Positions 53,530 to 63,162 of a DNA stretch of 64,000 bases are shown here, piece after piece (position 1 is the stretch's first letter; each line of letters starts with the position of its first letter). The position numbers and the translations under genes were made by a program. Below the pieces are notes generated by a model. The model worked only from the letters and a program-made list of their open reading frames with translations, had not been told where the DNA came from and made no database searches. The stretch is from Hydrurus foetidus (lineage: Eukaryota), in assembly GCA_900617105.1 (NCBI GenBank), contig UYFQ01000032.1, positions 310,001-374,000 on the forward strand. Direction: 5' to 3'.

Positions 53530-54276
53530 TTACCAACCGGAGAGTTTTCTGTTCGCATTTCGATTTTCAATTTCCATGGCAATAGTGTTCTCATCTGCGG
53601 GCTCTGCGTGAAAAGCTGGTCGCGGGATATAGAACATATCCACTTCGCAGGTTTCGTCATCCTCAGGAATGCCCTTTTCCCCATTTTTCCGCCAAAACCC
53701 AATTTCAATCTCGTAGTGGCTTCGAAAATGCTGCCCAAGGCTATTTCTGTAGTAGGCCATTACTCGCAATCGGGAGGTTTTAAAAGACTCTTGAGTTGGG
53801 TCTGTTTCGATCCGGTGAAGATTAAGACGATGCGATTCGCGAGCATCATCAAAAAAGTGCGTAATAAATTTATTCCCATAGCTGGGCGAAACGCCGAGGC
53901 CGGCGATTTGGTCACCGGGCTTTACGAAGGGAATCATGTCTGGCTCAAAACGTGCGGGGATTGCTTTCTCTCCATTGACTGATGAATACCTAAGCTGAAT
54001 TTCAGAATCAACCAGTACCTCGATTGCGGGGGCGTTACCTACATTGGTAAGCTCAACTTCAACACTCATGTTGCGGCGCTTGGGGCCAAAGACCTCACTG
54101 ATAGATATCTTCTTGACAGTTATGCCGATTACTGGGTTCAGATTCAAGCGAGCTTGACTCGCTGTTGCAGCAAGGATGCCCTTTGTCCAGTAGGCATAAA
54201 AGGCTGTTAATGCGACGAGTACAAGTGTTGCCAAGAAAGTAAAGGCACCAGAATATTGCTGTAGGAAATCGAGCAT
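53530..54276 (-). CDS. AT-rich hypothetical protein with N-terminal TM helix
   Basis: 248-aa ORF with atypical composition, lying between duplicated flanks. Confidence 0.75.
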   Translation of the reverse strand: MLDFLQQYSGAFTFLATLVLVALTAFYAYWTKGILAATASQARLNLNPVIGITVKKISISEVFGPKRRNMSVEVELTNVGNAPAIEVLVDSEIQLRYSSVNGEKAIPARFEPDMIPFVKPGDQIAGLGVSPSYGNKFITHFFDDARESHRLNLHRIETDPTQESFKTSRLRVMAYYRNSLGQHFRSHYEIEIGFWRKNGEKGIPEDDETCEVDMFYIPRPAFHAEPADENTIAMEIENRNANRKLSGW

Positions 54277-54550
54277 GGCTATTGAAGGCTAAAAATCAGC
54301 GTTTATCCGCCGCACTACAAAGGCCAGCCATGAGCGAGGACATTGAAACCATTTTGGACTGAACTGCCCGTGATGCGGTGAATTGAGGGTTGTTTGAACC
54401 ATAGGGGATTTCAATTTTGGTGCCCCCGATGGCAAAACATTATTGCCCAAGCGACAGTGCCTTTTGAGCGTGAATAATGCCCAAACATCCCCATCGCAGC
54501 AGCAGTTGATGCCCTGCAAATCGAGTTGCGCTGCAGGCCTTTGCTGAGTG

Positions 54551-54896
54551 GCACTTTCACCCCAGCCTGCCACGCAGCATGGGTGGTTTTGAGCTTGAAT
54601 TGGGTGCGATTAAAAGTGATGTGGGTTGAAACCGTACGACTGCCAGCAGTTTTTGGGGTCAGATTCCAATATGACCGCGAAGCGCCCGAAGGGATGCCAA
54701 CGGGCAGGTTATTTTGGAATCTGACCCCAATAACTGCGGATTCACTGTTGTGTGCTCAAGCCCTGCGCGAGTTGGCCCGGTTTATTGGGGTCAGAGTCCA
54801 AAATCCACCACCCTTTGGGTGTCCCTGGCGGGTGCTTTGCATGGATATTGGAATCCGACCCCAAAAAACCTACACCTCGCCCGAATCAACGCGGTC
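54551..54896 (+). repeat. Decayed duplicate of the receptor 3' end and downstream DNA (53303-53469)
   Basis: Shared GCACTTTCACCCCAGCCTGCCACGCA...GTGATGTGGGTTGAAACCGTACGACTGC...ACCTCGCCCGAATCAA. Confidence 0.88.
54650..54868. repeat. REP/REPIN-like composite palindrome
   Basis: Four TTGGGGTCRGAKTCCAA units in alternating orientation (starting about 54653, 54714, 54785, 54848). Confidence 0.8.
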
Positions 54897-55018
54897 TCCT
54901 CCACAGAGCAAGCCAGCGGCAGATACCGTCTTGAAAGTCAACAGTTCTGACCCCGGTTCCCCCAGCGATGGGGCGGCGGGTAAAGGTGCAGTTCGTTTAG
55001 GGCGTTGAAAACCAGCCC

Positions 55019-55522
55019 TTACAAAAACCGATCAAGCAGCTTGCGCGACCCTTTGTCTAGCGCCAGCTTGTCTGCCACCACAAACTGCAAGCCGTGGCTG
55101 CTGGCGATCAGCAAGCGGCCATCGGCCAGGCGACGAATGTCTTCTTCCGTTTTCAGGATGAAACTCGCGTCACCCCTGTCCGTCACCACATCCCAGCGGC
55201 TGGGGGTGGAGAAGGTGGAGACGGTTTTGATGCGCTGAATGAGGGGCAAAAAGTCGCGGCTGGCGAGTTCTTCGGTCAGCAGTTGGCGTGGTGTTTCAGG
55301 CAGTTTGGCAAGGTCGTCCACCCAGGCCAGTTCGTGGCCGTCGGTGCCTACCAAAGAGATACCTTCGTCGGGTGCAGAAATCGGGTGGGCACGCACGGGC
55401 ACCACGCCTTCGTGGTGGATGCCGTGGACATCGGTCAACACCAAGCGGCCAAAGCGGTTACGGGTGAGTTTGGGGAAGACGAGAGAAGGCGCAGGGGCAG
55501 TGGTTGTCATGGTGGCGATCAT
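55019..55522 (-). CDS. DUF1854 protein (cyanophycin-locus associated)
   Basis: GVVPVRAHP, W-V-TDRG and EEDIRRL motifs; follows the ABC gene. Confidence 0.82.
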   Translation of the reverse strand: MIATMTTTAPAPSLVFPKLTRNRFGRLVLTDVHGIHHEGVVPVRAHPISAPDEGISLVGTDGHELAWVDDLAKLPETPRQLLTEELASRDFLPLIQRIKTVSTFSTPSRWDVVTDRGDASFILKTEEDIRRLADGRLLIASSHGLQFVVADKLALDKGSRKLLDRFL

Positions 55523-55527
55523 GGTTT

Positions 55528-57882
55528 TCAGAGGCGTCCAACGGGTTGCATTTCTGCGAGGGCTGACAGGTTGACGGGCAGGATGGGCAAGGCGGCATCT
55601 ACTGTGCCCCCATCACGTTCACCTTCGGCAACCTCGCGCCGCGCTTGCGCTTCGTACAAGCGCCAGTACGCGCCTTGCTTGGCCATCAACTCTTCGTGCG
55701 GGCCGACTTCGACGACTTGGCCACGGTCCATCACCACCAGCCTGTCCGCCTTGCGCAGCGTGGAGAGGCGGTGGGCGATGGCAATCGTTGTGCGACCCAG
55801 CACCAAGTTATCCAGGGCCTTTTGGATTTCTTTCTCGGTTTCGGTGTCCACCGACGAGGTGGCTTCGTCCAGAATCAAAATGCGTGGGTCAATCAGCAGC
55901 GCTCGGGCAATCGAGATGCGCTGGCGCTCACCGCCGGACAAGCCCTGGCCGCGCTCGCCCACCAGCGAGTCGTAGCCTTGTGGCAAGCGCAAGATGAACT
56001 CGTGCGCGTGGGCGGCGCGGGCAGCGGCAACGATCTCACTGCGGGTGGCTTCAGGCTTGCCATAGGCGATGTTTTCAGCAATGGTGCCGAAGAATAAGAA
56101 CGGCTCTTGCAGCACCAGACCAATATTGCGGCGGTAGTCGGCCACACCCAGGCGGCGCAGATCCACGCCGTCCAGGCTGATGGTGCCTTCGGTCACGTCG
56201 TAAAAACGACAAATCAGGTTGACCAGCGTGCTCTTGCCGGAACCGCTGTGGCCCACCAAACCGATCATCTCGCCAGGGCGGATGTGCAGATTCAAGCCGC
56301 GAATGACGGCGCGGTTGCCGTAGCGAAAGCCAATATCGCGCATTTCCAGACTGCCTTTGACGGCGGGCAGTGTGACGGGGTTGGTGGGTTCCGGCACGTT
56401 GGAGACGTGATCGAGGATGTCAAAAATCCGCTTGGCGCCCGCAGCGGCTTTTTGCGTGACCGACACGATGCGGCTCATCGAGTCCAGCCGCCCATAAAAG
56501 CGCCCAATGTAAGCAATGAACGCTGTCAGCACACCCACGGTGATTTGCTGCTTGGACACCAACCAGATGCCAAACGCCCACACCACCAGCAGGCCGATTT
56601 CGGTCAACAGCGAGACGGTGGGGGTGAACAGCGCCCAGGTTTTGTTCAGCTTGTCGTTGATTTCCAGGTTGTGCTGGTTCGCTTCGCGAAAACGGGTGGC
56701 TTCGCGCTTTTCTTGCGCAAAGGCTTTAACCACGCGGATGCCGGGGATGGTGTCGGCCAGCACGTTGGTGACTTCGCCCCACACGCGGTCAATCTTCTCG
56801 AAGCCGGTGCGCAGACGGTCACGCACCAAATGGATCATCCAGGTGATGAAGGGCAGCGGTAGCAGCGTGACCAGCGCGAGCCAAGGGTTGATGGAAAACA
56901 AAATCACGCCGGTCATGACGATCATCAGCACGTCGGTGGCGAAATCGAGCGCGTGCATCGACAAAAACACGCAGATGCGGTCAGTTTCTGAGCCGATGCG
57001 CGACATCAAATCGCCTGTGCGTTTGCCGCCAAAGTAGTCCAGCGAAAGCCCCAGCAAATGCTCGAAGGTGGCGGTACGCAAATCGGCACCGATACGCTCA
57101 GACACCAGCGCCAGCAAATAGGTGCGCCACCAGCCCAAAGCCCAGGCCAACAGGGCCGAACCCAGCAGGCCACCCAGACAAAGGATGACCAGTCCGTGGT
57201 CAATGTCTTGCCCGTTTTGAAATGGAATCAGCACTTTGTCCATCAACGGGATCGTCAAATACGGCGGAATCAGCGTGGCGGCGGTGGACAGCATCGTCAG
57301 CACAAAGCCCAGCAGCAACTGGCTGTGGTACGGCTTGGCAAAACGCCACAACCGCAGCAGCACCCAGGTGGAGGGGGGGGTGTGCAGCTCACGGGCACAG
57401 GTGGGGCAATCTTCGGAATCGGGCGGCAGCGGGGCGCGGCAACTGGGGCAGGTGGGCAAATCGTCACTGTCCGGGACGATTTCACCGCGCTTGGCGGCTT
57501 GCTGTGCGTCAAACTTTTCTTGCCAGCGCTGGGCTTGCAGGTTCAAAGCGAGGCTGAAACGCCAGGTGGCGAGGCGCTGGTGCGCGTCTTGCAACTCCAG
57601 CGTGCCCACACCGGCATGGTCGCTCAGGCGCATGGACAAATCTGGCGTGAGCGGCCATTCCGTCCAACCGGATTGGGCCGGCACCCAGGCCAAGACGCGC
57701 CGGGAGGTCAGCACCAGCCAACCTTGTGTAAAGTGGAGTTGTGCGTCCAAGTCAACCCCAAGCGTACTTTGCACGTTTTCTTGAGGAAGCAGACAAGCGT
57801 GCAACGCGGCGTGCGCAGGATGGTCTTGCGGAATGTCTGCCACCGACACTGATTTAACTGCGTGAGAATGTATTTTTTGCAT
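55528..57882 (-). CDS. ABC exporter (TMD plus NBD) with N-terminal extension and zinc ribbon
   Basis: GHSGSGKS, LSGGERQR and ILDEATS motifs; CPSC-CPTC before the TMD; divergent from the cphA genes. Confidence 0.92.
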   Translation of the reverse strand: MQKIHSHAVKSVSVADIPQDHPAHAALHACLLPQENVQSTLGVDLDAQLHFTQGWLVLTSRRVLAWVPAQSGWTEWPLTPDLSMRLSDHAGVGTLELQDAHQRLATWRFSLALNLQAQRWQEKFDAQQAAKRGEIVPDSDDLPTCPSCRAPLPPDSEDCPTCARELHTPPSTWVLLRLWRFAKPYHSQLLLGFVLTMLSTAATLIPPYLTIPLMDKVLIPFQNGQDIDHGLVILCLGGLLGSALLAWALGWWRTYLLALVSERIGADLRTATFEHLLGLSLDYFGGKRTGDLMSRIGSETDRICVFLSMHALDFATDVLMIVMTGVILFSINPWLALVTLLPLPFITWMIHLVRDRLRTGFEKIDRVWGEVTNVLADTIPGIRVVKAFAQEKREATRFREANQHNLEINDKLNKTWALFTPTVSLLTEIGLLVVWAFGIWLVSKQQITVGVLTAFIAYIGRFYGRLDSMSRIVSVTQKAAAGAKRIFDILDHVSNVPEPTNPVTLPAVKGSLEMRDIGFRYGNRAVIRGLNLHIRPGEMIGLVGHSGSGKSTLVNLICRFYDVTEGTISLDGVDLRRLGVADYRRNIGLVLQEPFLFFGTIAENIAYGKPEATRSEIVAAARAAHAHEFILRLPQGYDSLVGERGQGLSGGERQRISIARALLIDPRILILDEATSSVDTETEKEIQKALDNLVLGRTTIAIAHRLSTLRKADRLVVMDRGQVVEVGPHEELMAKQGAYWRLYEAQARREVAEGERDGGTVDAALPILPVNLSALAEMQPVGRL

Positions 57883-58048
57883 TGTGATTTCAACAAACCG
57901 ATTTCAACGGTCTTATATGTCCGATACCCAGGATACCCAGACCCACTGGCTTAACGCGACTGCATCTCGAACCGACTACTGATTTTCCCTCACGTTCGCA
58001 GCACCAAGCTTCTCACCCTTTTTCACACCCCCGTTTTCTAAGAACAAC

Positions 58049-60337
58049 ATGTCCACTGAAACCGTCTCCACACCCAGCTTCTTTGAAGACATCAAGCTGC
58101 TGCGCATCAACTACCTGCGTGGCCCCAACATGTGGACGTACCGCTCGATCCTCGAAGTCTGGCTCGATTTGGGCGCGTTGGAAGACCACCCCACCAACCT
58201 GATTCCTGGCTTCACCCCCCGCTTGACGGCCCTGCTGCCCGCGCTGATCGAGCACCACTGCGGCGTGGGCGAGCGCGGCGGCTTTTTGCAGCGGCTCGAA
58301 GAGGGCACCTGGTGCGGTCATGTGCTGGAGCATGTGGTGATCGAGCTGCTCAACTTGGCCGGTATGCCCACCGGCTTTGGTCAAACGCGCAGCACGTCCC
58401 AACGCGGTGTCTACCGCATGGTGTTCCGTGCGCGTGACGAGCAAGTCGCCCGCCTCGCACTGAGCGAAGGCCACACACTGCTGATGGCGACCCTGCGCAG
58501 CCAGCCGTTTGACGTGGAAGCCGCCGTGGCCCGCATCCGCGAAAAGCTGGACGACTGCTACCTCGGCCCCTCCACCGCCGCCATCGTGGGTGCCGCGACC
58601 GACCGCAACATCCCACACATTCGCTTGAACGAGGGTAATTTGGTGCAGCTGGGCCACGGGGCCAAACAGCGCCGCATCTGGACGGCCCAAACCGATCAAA
58701 CCAACGCCATCGCGGCCGGAATAGCCCGTGACAAAGACCTGACCAAAACCCTGCTGAAAGCCTGCGGCGTGCCTGTCCCCGAGGGCATGGTGGTCAACAG
58801 CGCTGACGAAGCCTGGGAGGCCGCGCAAGACATCGGCTTGCCCGTGGTCATCAAACCGTCTGATGGCAACCATGGCCGGGGCGTGACGCTGGATTTGCGT
58901 TTGCGCGAGCACTTTGCCGAAGCCTTCAGAATTGCCGACGAGGAAGGCTCTGAGGTGCTGGTCGAGCGCTCCATACCTGGCGACGAACACCGCCTGCTGG
59001 TAGTGGGCGGCAAAGTGGTGGCGGCGGCCCGTGGTGAATCCGCCTGGATCACCGGCGACGGTGTGAAAACCGTGGAGCAGCTCATTGCCAGCCAAATCAA
59101 CACAGACCCGCGCCGTGGCTGGGCAGAAGACTTCCCGTTGAGCCCTATTGACCTCAAAATCGACCACGTTATCGTGCAAAACCTGCAACGCCAAGGTTTG
59201 GATGGCACCAGCGTGCTGCCTGTGGAACAGCGTGTGCTGCTGGTGCGCAACGGCAACATGGCGATGGACTGCACCGCCCTGGTTCACCCCGAAGTCGCCC
59301 ATGCCGCCAGTCTGGCCGCACGGGTTGTTGGTCTGGACATTGCTGGCATTGACATGGTGGCCGAAGATATCAGCCAGCCGCTGCAAGCCCAAGGCGGCGC
59401 GATTGTCGAGGTGAATGCTGGGCCAGGGCTGTTGATGCACCTGAAGCCCGCTGAAGGCACGCCCCAGCCTGTGGGCCAAGCGATTGTGGACCACCTGTTC
59501 GCCCCCGATGAGACGGGCCGCATCCCCATCGTGGGCGTAACGGGCACGCACGGCACCTCCACCATCGCCCGTTTGGTCGCTTGGTTTTTGCACCTGGCTG
59601 GCCGCCATGTCGGTTTGGCCTGCCGCGAAGGGCTTTACCTGGGGAACCGCCTCGTCGAGCGCCAAAGCGCCGCCCGCTGGGAACCCGCCTACCGCCTGCT
59701 GATGAACCGCGCCGTAACCACCGTGGTGGCCGAAAACGATGCCACCTCCATCTTGCAAGACGGCTTGGCTTATGACCGCTGCCTGATTGGTGTCGTCACC
59801 GATTTGGACGGCATTGAAAGCCTGAAAGACTTTGACATCCAAGACGAAGCCCAACTCTTCAAAGTAATGCGCACCCAGGTGGACGTGGTCTTACCCGAAG
59901 GTTTTGCCGTGCTGAACGCCGACGATGCCCGCGTGATGGGCATGGCCGAGCTGTGCGATGGCCAAGTCGTGCTGTACGGCATGGATGCCCACAGCGCCGC
60001 GATGGAAACCCACCGCGCTCAAGGTGGCCGTGCCGTGGCCTACCAGCGTGGCCGCGCCGTGCTGTTCACAGGCACTGCAGAAACTCCGGTAGCGAACGTG
60101 GATGCCGTGGTAAAGCGCTTGAATGAGGCACGGACAGCTACAAATACAGTAGCAAAACCCGACAGCGCACGCGGCATCAGCGAAGCCGCTGTGCTGGCCG
60201 CGATTGCCACCGCGTGGGCGCTGGGCATCGTGCCTGAGCTCATCAGCGCCGGGCTGGACACCTTTGCAGTGGATGCCACGGCGGCCAGCATTGCTACCAA
60301 TTCAATAGCTTTCGAAGCTCATACTGTAAGCGTTTAA
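58049..60337 (+). CDS. cphA: Cyanophycin synthetase paralogue (CphA'), degenerate Mur-ligase half
   Basis: RGPN, LGPST, KP-DGNHGRGV and EVNAGPG motifs; P-loop reads GTHGTS; shorter than the downstream paralogue. Confidence 0.88.
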   Translation: MSTETVSTPSFFEDIKLLRINYLRGPNMWTYRSILEVWLDLGALEDHPTNLIPGFTPRLTALLPALIEHHCGVGERGGFLQRLEEGTWCGHVLEHVVIELLNLAGMPTGFGQTRSTSQRGVYRMVFRARDEQVARLALSEGHTLLMATLRSQPFDVEAAVARIREKLDDCYLGPSTAAIVGAATDRNIPHIRLNEGNLVQLGHGAKQRRIWTAQTDQTNAIAAGIARDKDLTKTLLKACGVPVPEGMVVNSADEAWEAAQDIGLPVVIKPSDGNHGRGVTLDLRLREHFAEAFRIADEEGSEVLVERSIPGDEHRLLVVGGKVVAAARGESAWITGDGVKTVEQLIASQINTDPRRGWAEDFPLSPIDLKIDHVIVQNLQRQGLDGTSVLPVEQRVLLVRNGNMAMDCTALVHPEVAHAASLAARVVGLDIAGIDMVAEDISQPLQAQGGAIVEVNAGPGLLMHLKPAEGTPQPVGQAIVDHLFAPDETGRIPIVGVTGTHGTSTIARLVAWFLHLAGRHVGLACREGLYLGNRLVERQSAARWEPAYRLLMNRAVTTVVAENDATSILQDGLAYDRCLIGVVTDLDGIESLKDFDIQDEAQLFKVMRTQVDVVLPEGFAVLNADDARVMGMAELCDGQVVLYGMDAHSAAMETHRAQGGRAVAYQRGRAVLFTGTAETPVANVDAVVKRLNEARTATNTVAKPDSARGISEAAVLAAIATAWALGIVPELISAGLDTFAVDATAASIATNSIAFEAHTVSV

Positions 60338-60446
60338 GGCTTATTAAATCTTAAAAAATGGCTTACAAAAGACTGCTTCAGCCTTCTTCAGCTCTTTTCT
60401 ATCCCTCAAGCCTCTAGTCATAACAACAACTGACCGAAAGCCCCTC

Positions 60447-63107
60447 ATGGAAGTCTCTCGCATTCGCGCCCTGCGCGGCCCCAACCGCTGGAGCCGCCAC
60501 ACCGCCATCGAAGCCGTGGTCTCTTGCAGCGACACCGAGTTGTCAATTTCGGACATGCCCGGCTTTGAAGCCCGCATCCGCGCCCTCTTCCCCAGCATCG
60601 GTGCGCTGCGTGGGGGCACCGCCAAACGTGCGCCCATCTCCCTCGCCCATGTGCTGGAGCAGGCCACGCTGGCCCTGCAAGCCCAGGCCGGTTGCCCCGT
60701 CACCTTCAGCCAAACCCGCGCCACACCCGAGGCCGGTATGTTCGAGGTGGTGGTGGAATACAGCGAAGAAGACGTGGGCCGCATGGCGATGGACGCGGCC
60801 ATCCAGCTCGTGCAGGCCGCCCTCGCAAGCGGTGAACACGATGCCGCCGCTGAATTCGATGCCGATGCCACCCTGGCCGCGCTGCGCGACAAAGACGAAG
60901 ACGTGCGCCTTGGCCCCAGCACCGGCTCCATCGTCGATGCCGCCATCGCACGCGGCATCCCCTACCGCCGCCTGACGCAGGGCAGCTTGGTGCAGTTCGG
61001 CTGGGGCAGCCAGCAGCGCCGCATTTGGGCTGCCGAGGTGGACGCCACCAGCGCCGTGTCGGAAGAAATCGCCCAAGACAAAGACCTGAGCAAACGCCTG
61101 CTGCTGGCCGCGGGCGTGCCTGTGCCCTTTGGCCGTCCCGTAGAAACGCCCGACGATGCGTGGGCTGCGGCCCTGGAAATCGGTCTGCCCGTGGTGGTAA
61201 AACCGCTGGACGGCAACCAAGGCAAAGGCGTGACCGTCAACGTCGCCACCCGCGAACACCTGGAGGTGGCCTACAAAGCCGCGCTGGACATCGGCACCGT
61301 GATGGTCGAAAAATTCCTGCCCGGCAGCGATTACCGCCTGCTGGTAGTGGGCAACCGCCTGGTCGCCGCAGCCCGGCGTGACCCCCCGCATGTGATTGGC
61401 GACGGCGTGTTAACCGTCAAACAGCTGGTCGATAAAGTCAACGCCGACCCCAAACGCGGCGACGGCCATGCCACCTCGCTCACCAAAATCCGCTTTGACG
61501 ACATTGCGGTGGCCAGACTGTTGATGCAAGACCTGACCCCCTTCGACATCCCCGTCAAGGGCAGGCGCGTCATTCTCCGCAACAACGCGAACCTGAGCAC
61601 GGGCGGCACTGCCACCGATGTGACGGACGACGTTCACCCCGAAGTCGCCGCCCGCGCCATCGACGCCGCCGTCACCGTGGGTCTGCATGTCTGCGGTGTG
61701 GACGTGGTGGCCGAAACCGTGCTGCGCCCGCTGGAAGAGCAAAACGGCGGCGTGGTGGAAGTCAACGCCGCGCCCGGTCTGCGCATGCACCTGTCGCCCT
61801 CTTACGGCAAAGGTCGCAACGTGGGCGAGGCCATCATCACGCACCTCTACGGCCACAGCGACAAGCATGGCGACAAATACGGTGACAAACACGGTGACAA
61901 GCTGGGCTGCAAACTCGGCGCAAAGCAAAGTGACAATGGCCGCATCCCCGTGATTGCTGTCACCGGCACCAACGGCAAAACCACCACCACCCGCCTCATC
62001 GCCCACCTGCTGACCACCGGCGGCCAGCGTGTCGGCATGACCAACACCGATGGCGTGTACGTCGATGGCCGCCAGACCGACAGTGGAGACTGCAGCGGCC
62101 CGCGCAGCGCCCGCAATGTGCTGATGCACCCCGATGTGGACGCAGCGGTGTTCGAAAGCGCACGCGGCGGCATCTTGCGCGAAGGCTTGGGCTACGACCG
62201 CAGCCAAGTCGCCGTCGTCACCAACATTGGCGCAGGCGACCACCTGGGCATGAACTTCATCCACACGCCTGAGCAACTCGCGCAGGTCAAGCAGGTGCTG
62301 GTACACAACGTGGCCAGCAGCGGTTACGCGGTACTGAACGCAGCTGACCCGCTGGTCGTCAACATGGCCGCCACCTGCCCCGGCCAAATCATCTACTTTG
62401 CCATCGACCGGCACCACCCCGTGCTCTCTACGCACCGCGCCCAAGGCAGACGTTGCGTGTTCGTCGATGGCGACATGCTGGTGGCCGCTGAAGGCATGTG
62501 GCGCGAAAGCATTGCGCTGCGCGACATCCCCATCACCCGCAACGGCCACATCGCCTTCCAAGTTGAGAACGCGATGGCCGCCGTCGCTGCCGCCTGGGGT
62601 GTGGAACTCGATTGGGACAGCGTGCGCCGTGGCCTCGCCAGCTTCGCCAACGACGCCGACAATGCCCCTGGCCGCTTCAACGTGATGGACTACCGGGGAG
62701 CCACCGTGATTGCCGACTACGGCCACAACGTGGACGCCATGCGCGCCCTGGTCAGCGCCGTCGCCGCCATGCCCGGCCAGCGCCGCTCCGTCGTCATCAG
62801 CGGTGCAGGCGACCGCCGCGATGAAGACATCCGCGACCAAACTGTGGTGCTGGGAGACGCCTTTGACGACGTGATTTTGTTCCAAGATGCCTGCCAACGA
62901 GGCCGCGCCGATGGCGAAGTGCTGGCCCTGCTGCGCCAAGGTTTGAGTGAGGCCAAACGCACCAAGCACGTCGAAGAAATCCACGGCGAATTCATCGCCA
63001 TCGACCACGCCCTAGAGCGCTTGCAGCCAGGGGATTTGTGCCTGGTGCTGGTCGATCAGGTGGAAGAGGCGCTGGCGCATTTGGGCAAACGGATCGCAGC
63101 GGGGTAA
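60447..63107 (+). CDS. cphA: Cyanophycin synthetase
   Basis: ATP-grasp domain (NLSTGG, EVNAAPG) plus Mur domain (GTNGKTTT, DYGHN, GDRRD). Confidence 0.95.
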   Translation: MEVSRIRALRGPNRWSRHTAIEAVVSCSDTELSISDMPGFEARIRALFPSIGALRGGTAKRAPISLAHVLEQATLALQAQAGCPVTFSQTRATPEAGMFEVVVEYSEEDVGRMAMDAAIQLVQAALASGEHDAAAEFDADATLAALRDKDEDVRLGPSTGSIVDAAIARGIPYRRLTQGSLVQFGWGSQQRRIWAAEVDATSAVSEEIAQDKDLSKRLLLAAGVPVPFGRPVETPDDAWAAALEIGLPVVVKPLDGNQGKGVTVNVATREHLEVAYKAALDIGTVMVEKFLPGSDYRLLVVGNRLVAAARRDPPHVIGDGVLTVKQLVDKVNADPKRGDGHATSLTKIRFDDIAVARLLMQDLTPFDIPVKGRRVILRNNANLSTGGTATDVTDDVHPEVAARAIDAAVTVGLHVCGVDVVAETVLRPLEEQNGGVVEVNAAPGLRMHLSPSYGKGRNVGEAIITHLYGHSDKHGDKYGDKHGDKLGCKLGAKQSDNGRIPVIAVTGTNGKTTTTRLIAHLLTTGGQRVGMTNTDGVYVDGRQTDSGDCSGPRSARNVLMHPDVDAAVFESARGGILREGLGYDRSQVAVVTNIGAGDHLGMNFIHTPEQLAQVKQVLVHNVASSGYAVLNAADPLVVNMAATCPGQIIYFAIDRHHPVLSTHRAQGRRCVFVDGDMLVAAEGMWRESIALRDIPITRNGHIAFQVENAMAAVAAAWGVELDWDSVRRGLASFANDADNAPGRFNVMDYRGATVIADYGHNVDAMRALVSAVAAMPGQRRSVVISGAGDRRDEDIRDQTVVLGDAFDDVILFQDACQRGRADGEVLALLRQGLSEAKRTKHVEEIHGEFIAIDHALERLQPGDLCLVLVDQVEEALAHLGKRIAAG

Positions 63108-63119
63108 TCCTGTATCACG

Positions 63120-63152
63120 CCCTCTCCCGCTGGGGGAGGGTTGGGGTGAGGG
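63120..63152. repeat. REP-like palindrome between convergent genes
   Basis: CCCTCTCCC-GCT-GGGGGAGGG followed by TTGGGGTGAGGG. Confidence 0.6.
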
Positions 63153-63162
63153 CTCTTCGTCT

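Noticed and set aside
54650..54868. Four spaced repeats as a CRISPR array or integron attC sites
   Set aside because: Orientation alternates, the spacers are mutually complementary, and there is no cas or intI gene or GTTRRRY box pattern.
58013..63008. Long minus-strand ORFs (613, 282 and 532 aa)
   Set aside because: Shadows of the GC-rich cphA genes.
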